Below, in pieces: positions 52,093 to 64,000 of a stretch of DNA of 64,000 bases. Each line of letters begins with the position of its first letter. The first letter of the stretch is position 1. The DNA comes from the human T2T-CHM13v2.0 reference genome, Homo sapiens, in assembly GCF_009914755.1 (NCBI RefSeq), contig NC_060945.1; one strand, given 5' to 3'. Made by a program: the position numbers and the translations under genes. The notes under the pieces were generated by a model. That model saw only the letters and a list, made by a program, of their open reading frames with translations. It ran no database searches and was not told the DNA's origin.

Positions 52093-52910
52093 GTGGAAAA
52101 ACCACACACTGATTTCCCTCTGCTCTCACACCACAACGATCAACACAGAAGACTTCCGGGACCAAATGTGCGGGGATTTCTCCTCACCAACAAACAATCG
52201 ATCGGTTCTGCGACAGACACCAGCTGCGTATCCTCTAATTTAGTTCAGTTCCTACACTGTCTGCCTGGGGATGGCGTGGGACCCCAGAGTGAGGGCCCAG
52301 TCCCCCAAGACTGCCCCCAGCTTCCATGCCAGTTGCGAGCTCCGGGTCATTGCCTGTGCTTCTGATCGATCGGCTACAAATGGAAGATTTCCAGGATCCT
52401 ATCCTTGGTTTGATTAATTTGCTAGATTTACTCACAGAACTCAGGAAGACATGTACACTGGTTTATTATAAAGGGCGTTACAGAAGATACAGATGAAGAG
52501 ATGTGTAGGTTGAGGTATAGGGGGACAGGTACAGAACTTCCGTGCCCCCCCTGTACACGCCACCCTCCGGGAACCTCAGCTGTCTGGAAATTTAATGAAC
52601 CCTGTTCTTTTGGGGTTTTGTGGAAGCTTCGTTATGTAGACATGATTGATTAAGCCATTGGCCATTGGTGATCAGCTTAACCTTCAGCTCCTCCCCACTC
52701 CCCAAGGTTGGGGGTGGGGCTGAAAGTCCCAGTCCTCTAATCCCGCCTTGCTCTTTCTGGTGACCAGCCCCCATCCCGAAGCTACCTAGGGGCTGCCAGC
52801 CATCAGTCAACTCACAGCATACAAAAACACATCACTTTGGAGATTCCAGAGATTTTAGGAGTTGTATGCCAGGAAATGGGGATGAAATCACATACGTATT
52901 TCACAATCTT
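52093..52910 (-). mobile_element. MER21-family LTR
   Basis: CTCTCACACCACAAC...CAACACAGAAGACTTC...CAGACACCAGCTG...AGCCATTGGCCATTGGTGATCAGCTTAACCTTCAGC...TATTTCACAAT. Confidence 0.85.
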
Positions 52911-53232
52911 TCATGCCCTTTTGTACGTTTATGAGAAATTAGGATTAAATCTAACCCAAACTGTGGCTTTGAAACTTGGGGCTGTTGAGCATCTAATATT
53001 TGGATGAAGAACCAGATAATAAATTATTATATATAATACATTATATATATGTAAATATATTTTTATATATGTGAGATTACATTCTATCTGAAATCAACCC
53101 AAACACCTCTGTAAAGGAGCAAGCTCTTACACATTTTCTAGGAGCTGTGTATTTGTAAATCGAAATTAAGAATAGAGCATTCATTTACTAAAACGAAGAG
53201 GTTTAAAGTAACATTTATAGTCTCATTATTTA

Positions 53233-53430
<198 letters not shown>

Positions 53431-53876
53431 TCAAACCTTCATCCCCCAAATCTGTTTCCCTACCATTCCTACAAAGTTTTTGTGAACATGATCTTCATTG
53501 GTCGGGAGGGAATTCTCTGAAGTCACAAAGTAGCTTTTCGTTTGAGAAAACACAGGGGTGTGACCACAGGTTACAGCACTGCCCCTGGCAGATGCCCAGG
53601 ACTGTCGTTCATTCCTCTCCACTATTTCCATGGCCTCCTGCAGGGGAAGGGGCAATGGCACTTAGTACATTAGGGAAGTAGGAGTCTGACAGTTTCTGCC
53701 AACAGCTCGAAAACTGTGTGTGCAGAACCTACACACAGCTGGTTTGTGTGCACAGACTGCATTATTCTTGCTTATTATTTTGGAATCTGTTATCTTTGTA
53801 CCAAGGGCAAAACGAGTGTCTTTGATTTTACCTTTGCAAATAATTTTGTTGTCGATTCCACAAATGTGTGAGTGTC

Positions 53877-54261
<385 letters not shown>

Positions 54262-55339
54262 TCAGAGGGAGGCTTCACGCTGGTGGGGCGGAGGCAGCAG
54301 GAGCTGTCGGGACCCCGTGAATGGCATGATTGCGCACGGGGCCCAGGCAGTGGCTGAGTTGGTTACAAGAATGCGCTCGGAGTCTGACTCTGGGTTCCAG
54401 CCTCAGCTCTGCCACTTACCCTTGTAGAGTTGAGCAAGTCAGACTCTCTGCACCTCAGTGTTTGCATCTGTGACGTGGAGTGAGGACTGTGCTGCCCTCA
54501 GAGCTCTGTTATGAGGTTGAAATAAGCTAATGGATATAGGAAGCACGTACAGCAGTGCCCAGCCCACTGCAGGCGGTGTTCAGTGTCTGCTGTCACTGTT
54601 ATGTGAAAGGTGTGGTGTTATGGGAGGGAAAGGGATGCACAGGCCGGCAGGAGACTGGGAACAGCAGTTCTCCCAAAGGGCCAGCCAGGGTCAGCTTCGT
54701 GGAGAAGGTGGCGTTGAAGGAAGCCTGGAAGGGAGCGATGGGCCGTGCCACATGGACCTGGACCTGGGTATCCTGGGGAAGAGCCCCCACCCCAGCAAGG
54801 TGGCCAGGGGAAAGGCCCTGCCACTGGGGGATGTCTGGGGCTTTCACGGAGTGGCCTGGTGGTCAGCGTGGCTGGGAGGAGTGATGTCAGGGCATGGCGA
54901 GTGACTCAGCAGGCCATGTGAGGACTTCGCCAGTTACTCTGGGTGACGTGAGAGCCATGGGAGGTGGAGGGCTGACTCCCTCTGACTTAACTGTAATAGG
55001 ACTGTGGTGGCTGCTGGTTGGAAGTAGGCCTAGGAAGGAAGCAGGGACACCAGTGAGGACGAGGAGGGGATGACAGTGGTGTGGACCCCCACAGACTCCT
55101 TGGAGGAGGTGAGGGGTGGGCCGGTGTGGGCCAGAACCTGAAGGTGGAGCCCTCGGGACCTCCTGGTGGCTGGATGTGGGCCATGAGGGGAAGGAAGCCC
55201 TAGGGATCACCTCCGGCATGGCCTGGCCTGACCTGATGGAGCTGCTGTCGACCGAGATGGTCAAGTCCACCAGGAGAGCAGGGGTGGGGGCAGCTGGAGC
55301 TCAATTCGGGACACGCCAGGCGTGAGATGATGTCCCATC

Positions 55340-56090
55340 TCAAGATGTTTCCTGGACCTGCTGTAACTAAGTACACAAACTGAGAGCTGAAAACAACAGG
55401 AATGGGCCAGGTGCAGTGGCTCATGCCTGTAATCCCAGCACTTTAGGAGGCCAAGACGAGAGGATCACTTGAGCCCGGGAGTTCAAGACCAGCCTGGGCA
55501 ACATAGTGAGACCCCATCTCTACAAAAAATAAAAATAAATTAGCCAGGCATGGTGGTGCACGCCTGTGGTCCCAGCTACTTTGGAGGCTGAGGTGAGAGG
55601 ATCCCTTGAGCCCAGGAGTTTGAGGCTACAGCAAGTGATGATTGTGCTGCTGTACTCCAGCCTGGGTGACAGAGTGAGACACTGTCAAAAAAAAAAAAAA
55701 CCCCAGGAATGTATTCTTTCACAGTTCTAGAGGCAAGAAGTCTGAAATCAAGGTGTTGGTGGGGCCATGCATCCTCTGAGACTCCAGGTGGAGCCGTCCT
55801 TTCCTCTTCCAGCCCCTGGCCATGGTTGTCAGTCCTTTGGCATTCTTGTGACTCCGTCACTCCCATCCCTGTCTCTGCTGTTACTTGGCACCCCCCGTGT
55901 GTCTGCTTTCCGTGCATTTTCGTCTCCCTGGAAGGACGCCTGTGATACTGGATTAGAGCTCACCTCTGTGGTCCTCACCTTCACTTGATTATCTCTGTAA
56001 AGACCTTTTTTCCAAATAAGGGCACATTCACAGGTGCAGGGGTTAGGAACTTCAGCATCTCTTTTTGGAAAACACATCTCAACCCATAAA
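55340..56090 (-). mobile_element. MLT1C-like LTR interrupted by AluJ (+, 55405-55700)
   Basis: MLT1 start CTGCTGTAACTAAGTACACAAACTG...AAAACAACAGGAATG resumes after the Alu at CAGGAATGTATTCTTTCACAGTTCTAGAGGC (TSD CAGGAATG). Confidence 0.8.
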
Positions 56091-56475
56091 AGATGACTAT
56101 TAGCCAGCCAGGGAAAGGTGTTGAATAGGTAGAGCCCAGAGTGCATGCGCAGCCCGGGGCCGAGAGGTACACTTGGGGTTCGTCAACATGCGGATGGCAT
56201 TTAAAGCCTTGAGACTCAGTGGGGACCCCAAGGGTGTGAGTGGATGGATCCCAGAAGTGATTCCTGAGCTGAGCCCCGGGAAAGTTCAGCAGGGTGGGGA
56301 GATGAGAAGCACCTGTCCGTGAGACTAAAGTGAGGAGTCAGAGAAGGAGGAAATCAGGAAAGTGTGGGGCCCCGGGATCCAGAGTGAAGAATATTTCCAG
56401 GAAGAGGGAGCGAGACTGAGTCAGATCCTGCTGATGGGTCAGCTCAGAGACAAACACTGGTCCCAGCTAAACTGA

Positions 56476-56821
<346 letters not shown>

Positions 56822-57285
56822 GATTTTGATTTCTTTAGTCTATAGCTTTTTAAACCTGTTTTTCAACCTTTTGGGCTATATCTACGTGGTCTGTGTTTAT
56901 TTCTAAAAGAAGTGTTCATTCTGTAAACAACTGGGCATGTGTCTGGACTTGGGATAGATGCTGGGCATAAAATGATAAGTAACATACACACCTGCCCTGA
57001 GACATCGTTCACTGGGGAAGATGAGTGAAACAGTGGGATACAGGGCAACAGCCCAATAGCATTGGTCCCTAGGGGACTGCAGATTAAAACCACAGTGAAA
57101 TACCGTTCCACACCCGTTAGCATGGTTCACATTGAAAAGACCAACACCACCAAATTTGGGGGAGGATACAGAGCACATAAACCAAATGGCCCATGGACCC
57201 ATTGCTCATGGGAATATAACTTGGTGGACCCACATAGCAGACGTGTTCAGCAATTTTCTTTAAAACAGTAAAAATGTATCTAGTC

Positions 57286-57607
<322 letters not shown>

Positions 57608-58598
57608 TCACTCCTAGGTATTTACCCAAGAGAAATGAGAATATATGTCTGCAAAAAGACCTGTACAGTGTGTCCATAGCTGTCTTATTCATAGTAGCCT
57701 CAAAATGGACACAACTCAAGGGCCCGTCGAAAGCAGAGGCAAATCATGGTGTGTCCCTGCATCGTGAAGAGAAACAAAGGGCTGATGCAACATGAGGACG
57801 TCTCAAAGACAAGTTGCACTTAAGAAGCTATGCTAAGAAAACAAACACACAGAAGCCTACATCATTACATGTATAGAATGTTCAAGAACTGATGAAACCA
57901 GTCCGTGGTCACAAAAGCCAGAAAGTGGTTGCTTCTGGGGACCAGAAGGGAAAGGGGCATAAAGGAACCTTTTGAGGTGAATAGAAGTTTCTGCATCTTG
58001 GTTTGGCACACATGCCAAAACTCACCAGGTGAGCATTTAAGATCTTGCGTTTTTATTATATGCAAATTATATCTCAAATAACCTAAAAAACAATGCTTGT
58101 GACAGGTGTGCCCAGGTGCCATGCATGGAGGTGAGGGGCCACCACATGCCAGGAGGAGGCTGGGAGGCATCCTGGGGAGGGGAGGTCACGTTGGATCGGG
58201 GTTTCCAGGCGAGATTTGGAAAAGCAAGGGGAGGGTGAGCCCAGTGGAGGGCTAAACCTGGCCGAAAGCCCAGAGATAAGAAAGAGCTCAGCCTTGGTTT
58301 CAAGCACCAACGGCCTAAAAAGGAAACCCAGTTATTTAACAGAATCCATTCTCTTTTAAGGCTCAGTGTGTATCTGAGACAGGACCATTTCCCCTCTCCA
58401 GTGCAAGCTTCTTCATGGACTTTGTTCAGATTTCAATTTTATAATAGCTTTTTCTATTCTCCTCGTCAGTATACTTTTTTTTTGTTCCAACTGATAAATT
58501 ATTCTTGCTACTTAGTTTTAAAAACATTATTCAAGAGTATTGCCTTATTAAAATAACTTGATGCTTTCTATTTTTTTTTTCTCCTTAAAACATAAAAG

Positions 58599-58687
58599 CT
58601 ACAGATTCTCGTTGACACTGGAAGCAGTAACTTTGCCGTGGCAGGAACCCCGCACTCCTACATAGACACGTACTTTGACACAGAGAG
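58599..58687 (+). CDS. BACE2: BACE2 coding exon 2 (LQILVDTGSSNFAVAGTPHSYIDTYFDTE-R), containing the first catalytic Asp (D110)
   Basis: AAAG|CTACAG acceptor, 89-nt exon, donor GAG|GTAAGC. The aspartic-protease DTGS motif has its GAC at 58614-58616 and is in frame with exon 1. Confidence 0.98.
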
Positions 58688-59502
58688 GTAAGCGCTGGCC
58701 CCTTGGCTGGTGTGCTGGGCCGGGGCACTGCATGATCAACATGCTTCAAAATGCACCAGAGCATGACAGCCAGAAAGCTGTTTCATTTTAAGGGGGATAC
58801 CAATATGTATGTGTATGTATACACACATGTGGACATGTGTATGCATATGTACATGTTCATTCCATCCACAAATCCACAGCAGGAGTCTCCTCATGGCCTT
58901 CACGCATTTACATGAGATTCATTTTCTAAAAATCCAAGTCAAACACAACTCCTTTAGTTATCCCAAGTCGCAGGGAGCTTGTGGCCCTTTGGTGTTTATT
59001 GCAGCAGCTTTAGTTCTGCAGTGGAGGTGGGCTGGAGCAGGGGACGAGGTCTTGGGAGTCTGTGAGGCCACTCTGGCCGAGGGTGTGGGTTTGCTTCCTC
59101 AGCTGAAGGGATACATGGAAACCCACCTTTGCATAGTTCAGTAGGGGTTACGGTGTGGTTCATGGAAGCCATTTCTGTGGGTTGGTTTGCAACACTCATT
59201 TGGAAGAGTGAGTTTTGTGAGCACAAAGTATTAAGGGCCAAGACTGGGGCTGCACATGAGCAATTATGGGGTGGAGTTGAGAAAAAAAAGTGTAGCCTGA
59301 TGGAGGTCTCTGGAATAGAACAAGCCTTGCCCATGCAGGCTTCCGAGCAGCCCTGGGTGGGGTTGTGGGGAGGCCCCCAGCGGCTTGTGGCAGCCTTCAG
59401 CTCTGCAGGAGCCCGTGGGGTCTAGAGTCACCGCCCTCTGTGAACTGGAAGCTGCTCTAATGCTGTGCACGTTTTGATGTCACAACTATTTTTACGATTC
59501 TG

Positions 59503-59587
59503 AAATTTAAATTCAACAGACAGCCAGGTAAATTTAAATTCAACGGACAGAACAGGTAAATTTAAATTCAACGGACAGAACAGGTAA
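59503..59587 (+). repeat. 27-28-bp tandem repeat x3
   Basis: AAATTTAAATTCAAC(A/G)GACAG(C/AA)CAGGT at 59503, 59530 and 59558. Confidence 0.95.
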
Positions 59588-60707
59588 GCTGACATGCTGG
59601 TTTGTTTTTTAGGGTCATGAACCTTCTAGAGGCTCGGAACTGTCACATTAGGTTTCCCTACTGTAAATTCTTTTCCTGACTTCCCTTTCTCGCTTTCCTT
59701 ATCCTCAGTGTTTTGTTCCGGGAAATAAAGGCCAGCTCTAGTTGGGGACAAAAGGAGGGGGAAAGAATAACTGAAGTCTTCTGAAAATGCCAGGCAATTT
59801 AATAAAGCCAGATGATTTGCTGTGTATGAAAGAAAGCATAGAGGAAACCCTGTATATCTATGCTACCTACACCACATCCTGGGCTCCACTTTGGTGCCAT
59901 AAATGATGGGGCCTCCTGCACGTATGGCTGCAGGTGCTTGCTGGGGAGAGGGCTGTGGTGGCCAGTGCTCTATGAGGCTTCAGAAAAATATGGCTGGCCC
60001 CTCCCTCAAGGAACCTATAGCTTGGTTTATGGCTTCATGTGTTGGTAAGCTTTCTTCATTGATATTCCCGGATACAACTCCTGCCTATGATCACTATGTG
60101 CCCAGCTGTTGCTATAACCACAAACGTGTGTAGAAGTCGTGGTGGTGTTTCTCTCTGTGTGTGCAGCAGAGGTTTGGTTTACGATGGCTTATGCTGCCCC
60201 GTCCCACTCAGATCTGTGATTCATCCAAGTCCTCAGTCCCCAAACAGCCCTCACCTCCAACTGTTCACTCTGGACTGCTCATCATGGAACAGGACTTGGA
60301 GTTGGTCCAAACCCCTCATTTTGATTCCTGCGGCACAGGAGTTCAGAGAGACAGGGGACTTGCCCAAGTTCAAGCTTTGAGGCCAGCAGTCCCCAAACCT
60401 TCAGCCAACACCTGCTTTTTATAACAAGTGCTTTGTCATTCCCTGAAGTAAATGCAAAGGTCATATGACTTATCTACATACACAGCTCAAAGTGCCCTGA
60501 CGTCATATGGGGGGAATACAAGGGAAGTAATGTATAACCGGCTAATCAGTACCTCAGTACGTGAACACTCTGGCTCCGTGGTGCTGGTAGACCACGCAGT
60601 AGGCAGATGCTGGAGGTGAGTTAACATCACCATGGACATGTACACCCAGTGTAGACTGATCAAGGCAAGCTGACTTACACTCACACACCCCAAGCAGCTC
60701 AGCTTGC

Positions 60708-61117
60708 TGTCTTAGACTGTTGTGCTGCTATAAGAGAATACCCAAGGCTGGGGAGTTTATAAAGAAAAGAGGTTTATTTGGCTCATGGTTCTGCAGGCTG
60801 TACAAGAAGCATGGTGCCAGGCTCTCAGGCTGCTTCCAGTCATGGTGGAAGGTGAAGCAGAGCCAGTGTGCAGAGATCACATGGGAGAGAGGAAGCAAGG
60901 GTAGGGGAAGGACGTGCCAGACTTTTTTTCAACAATCGATCAGCCCTCCCTGGAGCTAACAGAGTGAGATCTCAGTCATTATTATGGGCAAGGCACAAAG
61001 CCATTCTTGAGAGATCCGACCTCACTACGCAAACACTTTCCACCAGGCCCCACTTCCTACACTGGGGATCAAATTTCAACATGAGAATTGGAGGGGACAG
61101 ATATCCAAACTCTATCA
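60708..61117 (-). mobile_element. MaLR LTR (MST family)
   Basis: TGTCTTAG...TGCTATAAGAGAATACC...TTTATAAAGAAAAGAGGTTTATTTGGCTCATGGTTCTGCAGGCTGTACAAGAAGCATGG...ATCCAAACTCTATCA. Confidence 0.88.
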
Positions 61118-61339
61118 GTTGCTGATGTGATTTTCCAGAATGGACAAGAATCTTAGGAAAGTTCCAAGAAAAACAGAAAGAGAATCAGCTTCCCTGGATT
61201 TCCATAGTAGCGAATATGCAATGTATACTAAACCTGTGTAGAAAAGATGGTATGCATATGTGAATGGGAGGTGCATTCTGTGCTCATATGATCCAGCAGA
61301 TTTCACCCATGTTGATGCCCAGAGCGACTTTGGAAAGTG

Positions 61340-61476
61340 GTGTGGGATGGGAACAATACTTCATTTTGCATGACTGCCCTTCACATTCCAGGATAACCAG
61401 CATGCTTATCAAACACACCCCCAAAGTTTCCAAAACTTCCCCTAGGGGACAGGACCTTCCCCATTGAGAACCGCTT
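61340..61476 (-). mobile_element. MER20B-like fragment
   Basis: CCCCAAAGTTTCCAAAACTTCCCCTAGGGGACAG...TTGAGAACCGCT resembles the MER20B terminus. Confidence 0.45.
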
Positions 61477-64000
61477 ATCTGAATAGTCCCTGATAGTCCC
61501 AGCCCTGTGTTGTTTCCACTGCTGGGCTCTAGTCTGTACGACACGTTTTCCACGTTTCCCCCTCACTGGGGCTCAGCACACAGGGGCAGAACCAACACAC
61601 GTGGAGCTTGCATTTCCTCGTTTAGCAATTCTTTCCCACTTAGAATAGGTTTTTCTCTCATCATCTGTAGATGCAAGATACAACAGAAAGAAGCAGTAAA
61701 GCACAGTAAAGTCAAGGTTAGGGTGATGTGGATGGTGACTTTCCAGATTTAAAGGGAACCATGCAAGTCAAGCCCTGTGGATGGCTACTTTTTTCATGGC
61801 AGATAAATAGCAGTTCTGTGGCAGCCGCTCATCGCCAGAGTCCATCAAGGTCAAAGTATGCTTCTCAATCCACACATCCTTTCGCTATGCAGAGGCAATT
61901 GTTGAAACCTTCAAGGGTAAATAATACTCTGCATTATCAAGACTATGTGCAATATTTCATCAACCGTAGACAACCCACCGCATCTTTCTCAGCTCCCTTC
62001 AACTGTGTTCAGTGTTTGGTTGAGCTGTGGTTCTCTTTCAGGCTACCGTGGGACACATCTCTCTTACTTACCTGCTAGCCCTGTTTTGCATTCAAGTGGC
62101 AGATGGTTCCTGTTTTCCATCCTTTGGGCTTCTCTAGTCCATATGCATTTGATGAATATGAAAACTGGGATCATCCAGAACTCATTTGATGACTAAGCCT
62201 TCCCTCCTGCTAATCTCACAAGATAATTCAGGATTTCTTGCCACCATTCTGACCACTCAAGGTTCTGATCTGTTTCTTCTTTTGTGGGTAAATAAAAAGA
62301 GAAAGAACACACCAGTGTCTGGGGAAAGCCCCTCAATGGTTGGTTTCACCCCATTGCCACTTCCACCATTCAAATTCAGTGTACCTTCCTTATTTGCGAG
62401 TACTGCAGAGACTGACTTATTACATATAACACATCACGCACCTTTTGGGTGTCTACCCTGGTACCGCCTTTCTTTTCAAGAGACCATTCTTCAACAGAAC
62501 TGTAAGGTTTCTTCTTGGCTGAATCAGATGTGACGCATCCCACTTCTGCGTTTGAGGCGAGTTCTATTCCTTCAGCTGCATCCCTGCTACCATGCTTGCT
62601 TTGCAGATTAAATTCTTAGATTGATATTAACTTGTTTCCTTTTATCTGCTTTTTACATGCTTTATTATGGTTGATATGCTTTATGATTGAAAGATATGAA
62701 TATTTTCTTTCAATGTCAATTATGTATAATTAATTTGTCTAATGCTTTCGTGTAACTTTAGAGCTGGCCTAAGTTATACTTTCAACCATTGTATTTGATG
62801 GGAGCCAAGAGACTGTCCTTTTGCCTTCTCAATTTTTGACAAAGGTTTCTTTTCTGAGCTGCAGCTCTCTGCCCTGTGATGTGTCTGTATTTGCTTGTGC
62901 TTCTGATCTCTCTTAGTTATAATAAGGTTCTGGTTGGGTTTGTCCGCCTCTGATTCACGTCCTCAGTCTTTGGATATTCAGGTCTAATGCTTCCTGAAAC
63001 ATGTTACAGTAATTGGAGATTTGGCGTGGGGTTCTTTGACAAGATCTCTTTGATTTATGGAATGAGATGTCAGGCTACCATTAGTCATTTGTGAGCTCGT
63101 CTTTATCAGAATCCATCTTTTCATGGTGGTGAATGTTCCAATGAGTTACTATAGAGCAAAAAAAGAAAAAAAGAAAAGAAAAGATCATGTATTTTTTAAA
63201 TGTACATCTTTTTTAGCCAATAAAATCTCACCTCCAGCTAGTTGGCTTGAAGAGAGATCCAGTATACTCATCCCTTGACCCTCCACGAATCTATTCAGGA
63301 GATTAAGTATATTTCCATTAAAATGTCTCCTTACTTCTGTACTATATCCGGGTTGAAGCTCACAGAGCAAGAGACCAATTTATTTTCCTCAACTAATGTT
63401 TGTAAGGGACTTCTTTAAGGAGGCTAAACTGGATACAGATCAAATGGCTTTCCATTCAATGAGGACAGATATTTTTACCTGATTATTGAGATCATTTCTC
63501 AAGCATGTCCATCATTTGCCTAGTAGAAGGGGACTTGCTGTTTTGGAGCCTGTGAGCATTTAACGTTATTGAGGATGTTGATGAACCGCCAGGCTGGGCA
63601 GGCTGAGCTGACCCTGAACCTCAGGGGGTCTCATGCATTCAGGTCTGGTGACTTCGAGAATCACAGAAGATTAAGAGGGGCATCCGGTCACCTGGGCCAG
63701 GACAGTAAGCCCACGGGTAGATTTCAGACCCTGAGAGCCCCAGGGAAGTCCTGAGCAGAATTCTTTAGGAGACTCAGCATTCCCTGGGTCGAATGGCTTA
63801 GGAGAACCAGAGCTGACCCAAGGATTGAACTCTAGAATTCTGCACATCCACCTTCTCTTTTCGTGTTCTCTGCAACCAACAGCAGGTTTCTTTTGAAATA
63901 ATAAAACGTTCTGTAGCTCTTTTCCCCTCAGTTCAATTGATTTCACTTTTTAATCCTGCATTCCCTGAGCACTCTTATCAGAGGCAGAACATCTTCTGAA

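Noticed and set aside
59503-59587. CRISPR-like array (also considered for 7877-7950 and 11397-11906)
   Set aside because: The units are directly adjacent with no unique spacers, there are no cas genes, and the context is a eukaryotic intron.

Overview
Primate (human-like) genomic DNA containing the 5' part of BACE2 (beta-secretase 2, chr21q22.3) on the + strand. It holds a CpG-island promoter, coding exon 1 (596-907), a ~57.7 kb repeat-rich intron 1, and exon 2 (58599-58687) carrying the first catalytic DTG motif. Nested antisense in intron 1 is the placental PLAC4 locus. Most of this locus can be read as a complete class I (ERV1, MER66/HERV-V-like) provirus at 12216-19415: two LTRs, 4-bp TSD, PBS, PPT, gag and integrase remnants, and a decayed env closely resembling the placental ERVV-1/ERVV-2 envelopes. 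Its 5' LTR keeps the TATA box but has lost the poly(A) signal, and its 3' LTR shows the reverse. The 150-aa PLAC4 ORF is the translation of a G-rich VNTR just downstream of the 3' LTR. Intron 1 also contains a 5'-truncated HERV-L with an MLT2A1 LTR, several solo LTRs, a twin-primed inverted L1, many Alus and local duplications. Repeat subfamily names come from recall of consensus sequences and need RepeatMasker/Dfam confirmation. I found no wholly new gene system. The best lead is the retrovirus-built antisense transcription unit.
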